From contig CAYFHS010000035.1 of NCBI GenBank assembly GCA_964342815.1, positions 5,077-46,548 of the forward strand: a stretch of 41,472 bases of DNA, read 5' to 3'. This stretch comes from an uncultured archaeon. Its GTDB lineage: Archaea > Thermoplasmatota > Penumbrarchaeia > JASLWR01. This document shows positions 8,881 through 16,375 of the stretch, piece by piece (positions within the stretch are counted from its first letter, which is position 1; every line of letters begins with the position of its first letter). The position numbers were made by a program, and so were the translations under genes. A model generated the notes under the pieces. The model had not been told where the DNA came from, searched no databases, and worked only from the letters and a program-made list of their open reading frames with translations.

Positions 8881-10920
8881 TTGTTATTCCCTCGAAAAAT
8901 GGTCAAGGCGAACATAATTGCACACAGCAGTATCCTAGAGGATACCGTTGATGCGCTCGCTTCTGCAGAAATAATGCAGGTTGACCCTGTGGATGATAAC
9001 CTCAGCGAGGATTTGCGAGGCTATCTCGGGACCTTGACTACACCTTCCAGGCATACCGCTCTTCTGGAGATCGAACTGCGAATGGAGCGGCTCATGGACA
9101 TATTTTCTACCCATTTTCCCAGCCAAACAAGTATGTTGGCCGATCTTTTTCCCAGCACTGCCAAGAAGGTAAAGGTCGGTAAACTGAGCTTCGGGGAACT
9201 GAAGGCCCGAAGCGAGAGCTTGATGGGGAATATTGAAAAATCCATTCTTGCAAAGAACGACCGGCTATCGGAGATAAACGACGAGCTGGCCAGGAATAGG
9301 GAAAAAAAGGCACAGATATCTCTTCTCGAACCCCTGGACATTCCTCTCGATTACCTCGACGACGGCAAATATACTTTCACGAGGATCGGGACCGCCGATG
9401 ATATTTCCGAGCTCGACAGGATTCTGATGAACATACCCGAGGCCACCTTCGATCACGTTCCCACAGGTCTTCCTGAGGCACCCAATGTTGTGGTTATCAC
9501 CGGGATGAAGGAGGTCAAGGAGGACGTTTCGAAGGCGCTCCGAGGGAAAATATTCAACGAACTTCAGCTTCCGGAGCTTACGGGAAGACCGAAAGAGATT
9601 CTTTCGGAACTCAATAAAACCATAGAGAAACTCGAAAAGGAGCGTGAAAAGCTTCTTGATGACCTGCTGAAGCTTAAGGACGAGTGGACCCCAAAGATAG
9701 ATGTGGAAATGGAGTTGGTCCGTATAAAGAGAGAAAAGTACGAGACCTATGCACGTTTGGGGAAGACTAAGGACACCGTGGTTATATCGGGGTGGGTGGA
9801 AGTGGAGAAGAAGGACGAATTGAGTAAACATTTGAGACCTTTGAAATATATCGAGATAAGCTATGCGGAGCCGGATACCGAGAAGGATACAGTTCCCTCG
9901 TCGCTTTCTCATTCGCGGTTTATCCGTCCTTTCGAATCATTAGTAAATACGTTCTCACCACCCAAATACAATGACTTGGATCCTACTCCTTTCGTGGCAG
10001 TGTTCTTCGTCCTCTTCTTCGGTATGATGCTTGGGGATGCCGGTTATGGATTGATGATACTTATTCCTAGTATATGGATAGGTAGGAAGGTAAAGGAAGG
10101 ATTTGCAGCTTCATTCGCTTTAATTGGTAAATGTATCGCAGCAGTCACTATAATAATGGGACTCGTCACGGGTTCTTTCTTCGGAGATCTCGTACAACGT
10201 TTAATATATATGGATGTCACCCGCACCCTTTATCCTGAATTTTATATTGGGGTCATAAAATTTCCATATGATCCTCTTGTCGATCCTTTACCGCTCTTCC
10301 TCATCGGATTGGGGCTGGGTGTTATTACAATCTATCTTTCCGTGATACTATCAACTATCACTCATACACTACAAAAGGACTTTAAAACTTTATTATTGAC
10401 CGATACGCCCTTGGTAATAATGATTCCTTCTTTGATAATTTTGGTTCTGCAAATGCTGGAAATAGCGACTATTCCCTCAATTATTCAAACTATCTGTCTC
10501 GGGGGGATTGCGTTATCATTTATCCTTTTTTTATGCAGAGATTACAAAATGCCACTCCTTGCAGTTTTCGAATTCACCGGTTTTATCGGGGATCTCCTTT
10601 CATTTGCACGGATTCTCGCTCTGGGTCTGGCAACGGTCGGGCTGGCAATGACTTGGAATATTGTCGGGGAAATGTTTCATCCCGCTGGAAGTACAGTGAT
10701 ATGGTGGATATTAAAGATGTTAATTTTGTTAGTGATATTGGTGTTCTTTCATTTGTTCAACTTTGCATTTCAGACGCTTGGCGCGGGTATCCACGCGCTT
10801 AGATTACAATATATTGAGCTTTTCAATAGGTGTTATGTAGGTGGAGGTGTTCTATTTAGTCCTCTTACGGAGCACAGAGTACATACTGAGGCTTTCGGCA
10901 GAAAGTATACGAAGGAATAA
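8881..10920 (+). CDS. atpI: A/V-type ATP synthase subunit I (a)
   Basis: Soluble N-terminal half; PPKYNDLDPTPF...FFGMMLGDAGYG; essential Arg in GDLLSFARILALGLA; IHALRLQYIE...GGG. TTG start. Confidence 0.96.
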   Translation: MLFPRKMVKANIIAHSSILEDTVDALASAEIMQVDPVDDNLSEDLRGYLGTLTTPSRHTALLEIELRMERLMDIFSTHFPSQTSMLADLFPSTAKKVKVGKLSFGELKARSESLMGNIEKSILAKNDRLSEINDELARNREKKAQISLLEPLDIPLDYLDDGKYTFTRIGTADDISELDRILMNIPEATFDHVPTGLPEAPNVVVITGMKEVKEDVSKALRGKIFNELQLPELTGRPKEILSELNKTIEKLEKEREKLLDDLLKLKDEWTPKIDVEMELVRIKREKYETYARLGKTKDTVVISGWVEVEKKDELSKHLRPLKYIEISYAEPDTEKDTVPSSLSHSRFIRPFESLVNTFSPPKYNDLDPTPFVAVFFVLFFGMMLGDAGYGLMILIPSIWIGRKVKEGFAASFALIGKCIAAVTIIMGLVTGSFFGDLVQRLIYMDVTRTLYPEFYIGVIKFPYDPLVDPLPLFLIGLGLGVITIYLSVILSTITHTLQKDFKTLLLTDTPLVIMIPSLIILVLQMLEIATIPSIIQTICLGGIALSFILFLCRDYKMPLLAVFEFTGFIGDLLSFARILALGLATVGLAMTWNIVGEMFHPAGSTVIWWILKMLILLVILVFFHLFNFAFQTLGAGIHALRLQYIELFNRCYVGGGVLFSPLTEHRVHTEAFGRKYTKE

Positions 10921-10959
10921 TCACAGTCAAAAAAATATAAAAAAAATCGAGGTGACAGA

Positions 10960-11724
10960 ATGAAAACAAAAAAGAGTCTAATATTGATAAGTGTCTTTGT
11001 CTTGGGTTTGATCCTTTGCGCAAGTTCGACCTTTGCGCAGGATGTCAAAGTCGATGAAGATGGCGACGATTTGGATGATTCATGGGAATTGAATATCATT
11101 CAGAAAAACGGATTGGGTCATAACAATGTTTCAATGTTTTTGAACTATTCCGACCCTGATAACGATGGGTTTACAAACCTGCAAGAGTACAATAATGGAA
11201 CGGATCCCTATAATAAAGAAGACACTCCTGGAGAAGAGAAAGACAGGGAGAAAGGGACTGCACTTTTCCTGCTTGGTGTCGCCATTTGTATTGGGGTCCC
11301 TGGGATAATGGCTGCATTTGGTTTATACATCGCAGGTGTCTCCGCGGTGGGCATGACGACGGAACATACTGACCGATTTAGTAAAGGTTTGATCCTTCAG
11401 GCGCTTCCGATGACTCAAGGTGTGTATGGTTTAGTTTTTGCTATATTACTTCTACTCGGTGTCGGGTACATCGGTAGTGGTGACCCTGCCCTTCTCTCCG
11501 ATCCTACTGTAGGTTGGGGTGCGATTATGATCGGAATAACAATTGCCCTTACCAGCGTGTCTGCCATACCGCAGGGTCTAGTGGCGGGAGCCGGAGCTAG
11601 TGGTGTGGGAAGGAATCCAGATATATTCACAAAAGGTCTCATTTATGCTGTTATGCCGGAAACCATGGCAGTGTTTGGTTTTCTCATATCGCTCTTCATT
11701 ATTCGTGGTATCGGCTTAATGTAG
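10960..11724 (+). CDS. atpK: A/V-type ATP synthase subunit K (c, double hairpin, Na+-type site) with N-terminal signal peptide and exported TSP3-like acidic domain
   Basis: aa ~100-254 form four TM helices with ALPMTQGVYG, SAIPQG and AVMPETMAVFG. aa 1-26 are a signal peptide (MKTKK, hydrophobic core, STFA|Q). aa 27-95 contain DEDGDDLDDSWE...DPDNDGFTNLQEYNNGTDPYNKEDT. Confidence 0.93.
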   Translation: MKTKKSLILISVFVLGLILCASSTFAQDVKVDEDGDDLDDSWELNIIQKNGLGHNNVSMFLNYSDPDNDGFTNLQEYNNGTDPYNKEDTPGEEKDREKGTALFLLGVAICIGVPGIMAAFGLYIAGVSAVGMTTEHTDRFSKGLILQALPMTQGVYGLVFAILLLLGVGYIGSGDPALLSDPTVGWGAIMIGITIALTSVSAIPQGLVAGAGASGVGRNPDIFTKGLIYAVMPETMAVFGFLISLFIIRGIGLM

Positions 11725-11743
11725 GACTGATGGAGGACCGTAT

Positions 11744-12316
11744 ATGGGCCTGAAAGATATCCTTAACAAGATCGAAAGTCAGCAGGATCAACGGATCAAG
11801 GAGATCAAGCGGAACAACGCGCGTGAGATCGCCGAGATAAGATCGGAGATGAAGGGGAAAGTTAGTAAGGAAAAGGAAAGGGTTCAAAGCGAGCTGGCCA
11901 AGGAGCGTGAAATATACAGCAACCTTAAGATATCGGAGGGGAAACGAAGCGTTAAGCGGGAGATGCTGGCCGAAAAGGAGCGCTTGATTAACCTGGCTCT
12001 CGGGAATGTGCTCGATAGGTTCGGTGAATTCAAGGGGGAGCGTTACCGCAGTTTACTCAAGAAATTGGTAACGGAGAGTGCCAAGCTGCTCAAGGGTAAA
12101 TGCAGGATACTTGCCACCCGGGAGGAAGACATCCCCTACCTTAAGAACCTGGGAATCGCACCTGTGAGAAATAAAACCATACCGGGAAGGGGAGGAGTAA
12201 TTGTGGTGTCGGAAAACGGCGAGTTCCGTATTGACCGGACCTTCGATTACATGATGGAAAAGCAGAGCGACGATCTTAGGAAGATGACCGCGGGAATTCT
12301 GTTCAAGGAGGAATGA
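11744..12316 (+). CDS. atpE: A/V-type ATP synthase subunit E
   Basis: MGLKDILNKI start, long charged helix, GGVIVVSENGEFRIDRTFD; operon position. Confidence 0.92.
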   Translation: MGLKDILNKIESQQDQRIKEIKRNNAREIAEIRSEMKGKVSKEKERVQSELAKEREIYSNLKISEGKRSVKREMLAEKERLINLALGNVLDRFGEFKGERYRSLLKKLVTESAKLLKGKCRILATREEDIPYLKNLGIAPVRNKTIPGRGGVIVVSENGEFRIDRTFDYMMEKQSDDLRKMTAGILFKEE

Positions 12317-12319
12317 TAG

Positions 12320-13441
12320 TTGGACCCGAGTACCTGGCTGTGGATTGGTTTGATCAGTTTGCTCTTCGGAGCAGTCTTGATCTATTTGGGGATGAAGGTT
12401 CCCATGGTATGGACCATAGCGAGGTTCGGATATTCCAACGCCTTGTACAATTCACGGGTAAACCGGTTCGTAAGACGCATGTATGTGAACAATCTCATGG
12501 GAACGAATTCCTTTGCGGAAGCGGTGAATTTCATTTCGTCCGCCAGTTCCAGGGACTTCCCGTTGAAAACCGTGACCAATGCAGAGGATGCAGAAGCAGT
12601 ACTTTTATCCGCCATGTTGGAGAACGTCCAGAAGGCCAAGGAAGAGTCACCCGATATGATCGGCCCTGTTCTGGACAGCTTTATCATACGATACGAGAAC
12701 CGTACCCTGAAAAGCCTTTTCAGTATCCGGTTCCACGAATCCGCTTCTGACACCGGGATATTTCCAGTAGGGGCTGTTACTGCGAAGCTCATCGAGGAGA
12801 TGAAGAAAGCTGAGACCCTGGATGAAATGATTGATCTTATTCCCCGGTCCGAACTTCGTGACCTGCTTTCCGGGGTTGAGCTCGATACCTTCCAAAAGGT
12901 GGAAAACCTGCTCGATGGGTTCTACATTCAGAGTGTAGAGCACTCCTCCTCCAAGTTACCCCGGACGCTGAAGAAGGAGATGGGGGCGTTCCTTGAGGTT
13001 TACAGCGATATGCTGACAATAAAGACAATACTGAGGATGATAAAGGCTGGAGTACCGGCTGCCCAGAGGAAGGAATTTTCCTTTGCACGGGGGAAACACA
13101 TCACAAGGGATGCACTGGAGGCCCTGCAGGAAGCGGAGAACGTAGCCGAGGCTGTGGATGCGCTGGGCAGCACTCCCTACGCTCCTCTTCTGCGCGAGGT
13201 TTTCAAGGACTTCAAGGACACTGGTCGAATTTCCCTTTTTGAGCTTGAACTTGACCGATTCTGGATCCGATACATTGAGATATTTGCCATGAAGATGAAC
13301 ACCACGGTAGGGCCGGTTATCCGATACCTTACGGAACTGGAATTCGAGACCAGGAACGTAATCGCAGTCCTTCGGGGCTTCGAGGTGCCCGGCGGAAAGG
13401 AAATTGCCGAGGAGCTGTTGATAGTCAGGGGGTCCGCCTGA
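12320..13441 (+). CDS. atpC: A/V-type ATP synthase subunit C (d-like), with N-terminal hydrophobic segment
   Basis: FGYSNA, YENRTLKSLF, LGSTPYAPLL, ELELDRFW, YLTELEFETRNVIAVLRG; operon position. Confidence 0.88.
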   Translation: MDPSTWLWIGLISLLFGAVLIYLGMKVPMVWTIARFGYSNALYNSRVNRFVRRMYVNNLMGTNSFAEAVNFISSASSRDFPLKTVTNAEDAEAVLLSAMLENVQKAKEESPDMIGPVLDSFIIRYENRTLKSLFSIRFHESASDTGIFPVGAVTAKLIEEMKKAETLDEMIDLIPRSELRDLLSGVELDTFQKVENLLDGFYIQSVEHSSSKLPRTLKKEMGAFLEVYSDMLTIKTILRMIKAGVPAAQRKEFSFARGKHITRDALEALQEAENVAEAVDALGSTPYAPLLREVFKDFKDTGRISLFELELDRFWIRYIEIFAMKMNTTVGPVIRYLTELEFETRNVIAVLRGFEVPGGKEIAEELLIVRGSA

Positions 13442-13773
13442 TGAACATAGCGGTAATGGGCGACAAACACACTGTACAGACCTTCTCCCTTGCAGGAGTG
13501 AAGCAGTACCACATAGTGGAGAACTTCGATTCTACCGAAAAGATAGAAGAGGGTTTTGACGGGTTCGTGGCCAATGAGAATATTTCTATTATCTTTTTGA
13601 CCGAAAGGACAGTAAGGGCCATAGACACAAAGCTCAAGTATCATGCGGAACTAAAACAACTCTATCCTCTGATAATCGCCATACCCGACGTTTCCGGCGA
13701 AAGTGAAGGGGAGGACCGGGTCAAGTCACTTATAAGACGGGCCGTGGGTGTGGACATCAAAGAGGAAGTGTAA
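13441..13773 (+). CDS. atpF: A/V-type ATP synthase subunit F
   Basis: MNIAVMGDKHTVQTFSLAGV ... ISIIFLTE ... PLIIAIPD ... LIRRAVGVDI. Confidence 0.95.
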   Translation: MNIAVMGDKHTVQTFSLAGVKQYHIVENFDSTEKIEEGFDGFVANENISIIFLTERTVRAIDTKLKYHAELKQLYPLIIAIPDVSGESEGEDRVKSLIRRAVGVDIKEEV

Positions 13774-13779
13774 GGCGCT

Positions 13780-13804
13780 GGGCGAAAGGGATTGCGCCCT
13801 TTTT
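13780..13804 (+). terminator. Terminator-like hairpin closing the atp operon after atpF
   Basis: GGGCG (13780-84) / CGCCC (13795-99) followed by T5, 7 nt after the atpF stop. Confidence 0.55.
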
Positions 13805-13847
13805 AAAAAAACAGCAAATGCAAAATTCAGATATAGCTTCTGTTGTA

Positions 13848-13861
13848 GAAAAGTTTATATC
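13848..13861 (+). promoter_or_regulatory. BRE/TATA promoter of the toxin-antitoxin pair (probably leaderless mRNA)
   Basis: GAAAAG-TTTATATC, about 24 nt upstream of the ATG at 13885. Confidence 0.65.
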
Positions 13862-13884
13862 TCTATAGTCCCCTATATTTGACT

Positions 13885-14103
13885 ATGGTAACTACTATAC
13901 AGGTAAGTGGAGAACTGCAACAAGAGCTCTTAGCTAGAAAGTTATTTGACAGAGAGACTTACGAGGAAGTAATTTGGGATCTAATTGAGGATAGTATGGA
14001 ATTAAATGATACAACTAAAAAGGAATTACAAAGAGCAAGAGAGGAGATTCGTTCAGGTAAATCCTATACTCTATCTGAAGTGAAGAAAGAGCTGGGTATA
14101 TGA
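13885..14103 (+). CDS. Antitoxin (RHH-like N-terminus), 72 aa
   Basis: MVTTIQVSGELQQELL...ETYEEVIWDLIE; C-terminal 'ARE...GKSYTLSEVKKELG' typical of RelB-type partners; ATGA overlap with the toxin. Confidence 0.8.
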   Translation: MVTTIQVSGELQQELLARKLFDRETYEEVIWDLIEDSMELNDTTKKELQRAREEIRSGKSYTLSEVKKELGI

Positions 14104-14351
14104 GTTACGAAATTATTTTCTCGGCTTCTGCTTTTAAAAAATTAAAAAAGTTGGAAAGAAAAGATAGAGAAAGGATTATTTCAGCACTTGAACGTATCAG
14201 GATCAGACCGGAGAAATATGTTACAAAACTTGTTGGCGATCCGGGTTATCGTTTAAGAGTTGGTCAATATAGAGTAATAATGGACATCGATAAGGGAAAA
14301 TTGATGATTCTAATAATAAAAATTGGCCATCGAAAGAATATATATAAATGA
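14100..14351 (+). CDS. relE: RelE/StbE-family mRNA interferase toxin
   Basis: MSYEIIFSASAFKKLKKL...KLVGDPGYRLRVGQYRVI...IGHRKNIYK; 83 aa, basic. Confidence 0.92.
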   Translation: MSYEIIFSASAFKKLKKLERKDRERIISALERIRIRPEKYVTKLVGDPGYRLRVGQYRVIMDIDKGKLMILIIKIGHRKNIYK

Positions 14352-14362
14352 ATCAATCCCCC

Positions 14363-14689
14363 TCATTTCCCAGGCAGTTCTTCCAGCACCTGCCTCATTT
14401 TATCACGATAGCTATCAAACTCTTTCCGTCCCTTGGCGGTCACTGAAAGCATGGTATGGGGCTTCTTTCCCTTGAATTTCTTTTTTATACGTACATATCC
14501 GGCGTTCTCCAGTTTCGCAAGGTGCGAGGATAAATTACCGAAGGTCAGCCCCGTCTGGTTACGGAGAAACAGGAAATCCGCGCTTTCCACAACGTATAGG
14601 TAGGCCATTATACTGTATCTCGCAGGCTCATGAATGAGCTTGTCTATGGCTTTGTGGGACGAGGCGGGTTTCTGACTGGCCGGTGACAT
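14363..14689 (-). CDS. Winged-helix (MarR/ArsR-like) transcriptional regulator, 108 aa
   Basis: ATG at 14689 after SD GGAGG (the ORF track's longer start runs antisense-frame through the neighbouring gene). IDKLIHEPARYSIM...GLTFGNLSSHLAKLENAGYV...KPHT...TAKGRKEF. Confidence 0.88.
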   Translation of the reverse strand: MSPASQKPASSHKAIDKLIHEPARYSIMAYLYVVESADFLFLRNQTGLTFGNLSSHLAKLENAGYVRIKKKFKGKKPHTMLSVTAKGRKEFDSYRDKMRQVLEELPGK

Positions 14690-14690
14690 A

Positions 14691-15268
14691 TCAAACCTCC
14701 TTGTCGGGCTTTGGATATTTTTTGATAAAACGCGCGAACTGCCAAATTCCCAGTAACAGAAGAAGTGATCCGGCGGCAAGGCCGAAGTAAGCGGCAGTGG
14801 GATCTCCATACTGCTGGAATATAATTTCTTGAGCGCCGAAAACGATTCCGATCCCGAGGAAGATCCAGTAATCGAGATAATATGCAACTGCTGCGAAAAC
14901 GACAACGAGTAAAGCAACTATAATGATCTTTGTAAGGTCGGCGAAGAATATTCCACCGGCTGATAAAACAAACAAAGTTATCATCCCAATCAGCACACCA
15001 ACAAAAACCAGGCTAGCCCACAGCTGTCTTTTCACCCGTTTTTTTCCGTACTTTACTTGTCCCAATCTTGGCATGGTCACAAATTTCTTACCCAATATAA
15101 ATATGACAAGTCCAACGATGATGAGCGCAGTAAAATATACCTGGTCGGTGAGTGTCCTGATGGCACCTATGACCAGTATCATTCCGAATATGAATTCCCA
15201 CGATCCGTCACGGAACTGGAGCTGCCATACTTTTTTTCGAATTTTTCGAGATTTGCCGGTGTGTTCAT
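14691..15268 (-). pseudogene. Multi-pass membrane protein gene interrupted by a one-base frameshift in an A7 run (pseudogene, programmed -1 shift, or sequencing error)
   Basis: ATG at 15268 after an SD-like GAAGTGA and a TATA box at ~15308-15315. Reads MNTPANLEKFEK; one extra A at 15231-15237 continues as KVWQLQFRDGSWEFIFGMILV into ORF 14691..15182. Confidence 0.65.
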
Positions 15269-15411
15269 GTAAATCACTTCTCTGTTGATATGTATAATGT
15301 GGTCGTAATATTTATAACTTTGCGCCGCAAAGTACTTTGTAAAGATGATTGCAATATGGTGGTGAAATTTCAAAGATACGACCTTCTTACTGATAAATCT
15401 TTTTTGCGAAC

Positions 15412-15674
15412 CCTGCAACCCTTAGGCAAACGCAGGCCTTGAAGGAATCGGAGATTCCTTTGGCATGACCGGTCCCGATGAATCAAAAGATTCATCTGAC
15501 TTGCCAAGACGTTACTTGGCAAGCCGTTGCCGGTCATACCTCGTCTACGACACAAGATGAAGAATTTCAAGATCAATATAGGTCGGTTCACCGGCCAAGG
15601 GAGCAAGCCCCCCATTTTCTATTTTTGTATTATTTTTTTTATCGGGCCTGCGTTTGGCTAGAGCTCGCAGGCCC
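15412..15674. ncRNA. Candidate structured RNA or MITE-like element 1 (unassigned)
   Basis: 16-bp inverted repeat with 1 mismatch (15423-38/15645-60); 8-, 8- and 9-bp perfect hairpins; an 11-bp multiloop-closing stem (15462-72/15530-40). No credible ORF. Confidence 0.55.
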
Positions 15675-15680
15675 TCTTTA

Positions 15681-15706
15681 GAAAGAAAAAAGGGATCAAA
15701 GCCCTT
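15681..15706 (-). terminator. Terminator after pcm
   Basis: Minus strand AAGGG-CTTTGAT-CCCTT followed by TTTTCTTTC, starting 4 nt after the pcm stop. Confidence 0.6.
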
Positions 15707-15709
15707 CGT

Positions 15710-16375
15710 TCATAACCCATAGTCACCCGTCAACGGCACAAAGGCACACCCGCCCAGATGGCACACCTTCACATCATCTCCCTTCTTTTTATACCGCGTC
15801 AGTTCCGAAAAATATTTTGCGCCCACCGGCATCAGCAGAATTCCACCGTCGTTCAGGCATTTTACAAGTATTTCAGAAATATCCGGAGCTGCGGCCGCAA
15901 GGTATATCCTGTCGAACTTTTTTCGGTCCATTGCCAATTTCACGCCGTCCCCCGCAACTACTTCAACTCTGCCATCAAGGCCAGCTTTTTTAATATTCTC
16001 CTTTGCCCGTTCCGCAAGTTCCACCACGATCTCCGCTGAGGTCACCAATCCCTTTTCACCCACCATTTCCCCTACTACCGCAGCGTGATACCCGCCTCCG
16101 CCCCCGATCTCGAGAATATTCAGCCCGGCTTCAAGCTTCAATTCCTCGCACATTATTGCAACCATGTGCGGTGCGCTTATGGTCTGGCCGTGACCGATGC
16201 GCTGGGGTGAATCCTCATAAGCTTTTTCAGGGTCGGCCCGGGGTATGAATATTTCCCGGTCAACCTTGCGCATGGCTTCTTCCACGGCTTTTGACCTGAT
16301 ATAACCGCCGCTTTTCAGCTGTTTTATTAAAATTTCCCTCATCTCATGGTAGCTTCGAGGTCGAAAAAAACTCAT
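15710..16375 (-). CDS. pcm: Protein-L-isoaspartate O-methyltransferase
   Basis: AYEDSPQRIGHGQTISAPHMVAIM, ILEIGGGGGYHAA, GDG, FDRIYLAAAAP, GGILLMPVG, CAFVPLTG. Confidence 0.95.
   Translation of the reverse strand: MSFFRPRSYHEMREILIKQLKSGGYIRSKAVEEAMRKVDREIFIPRADPEKAYEDSPQRIGHGQTISAPHMVAIMCEELKLEAGLNILEIGGGGGYHAAVVGEMVGEKGLVTSAEIVVELAERAKENIKKAGLDGRVEVVAGDGVKLAMDRKKFDRIYLAAAAPDISEILVKCLNDGGILLMPVGAKYFSELTRYKKKGDDVKVCHLGGCAFVPLTGDYGL

Noticed and set aside
12320-12400. N-terminal TM-like segment on ATP synthase subunit C as a novelty
   Set aside because: Hydrophobic N-terminal extensions on subunit C are common in Thermococcales and methanogens.
14690-14917. N-terminal extension of the winged-helix regulator (ORF 14363..14917)
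   Set aside because: It is an alternate frame of the membrane-protein gene. The real start is the SD-preceded ATG at 14689.
15575-15612. GGCCAAGGGAGCAAGCC as SRP RNA helix 8 or an RNase P conserved region
   Set aside because: It lacks the CAGG-stem-GNRA arrangement of SRP helix 8 and the GAGGAAAGUCC and other RNase P conserved regions.
16090-16125. pcm SAM-binding motif LEIGGGGGY instead of LEIGTGSGY
   Set aside because: The glycine-rich loop is preserved and all other motifs are canonical; ordinary variation.
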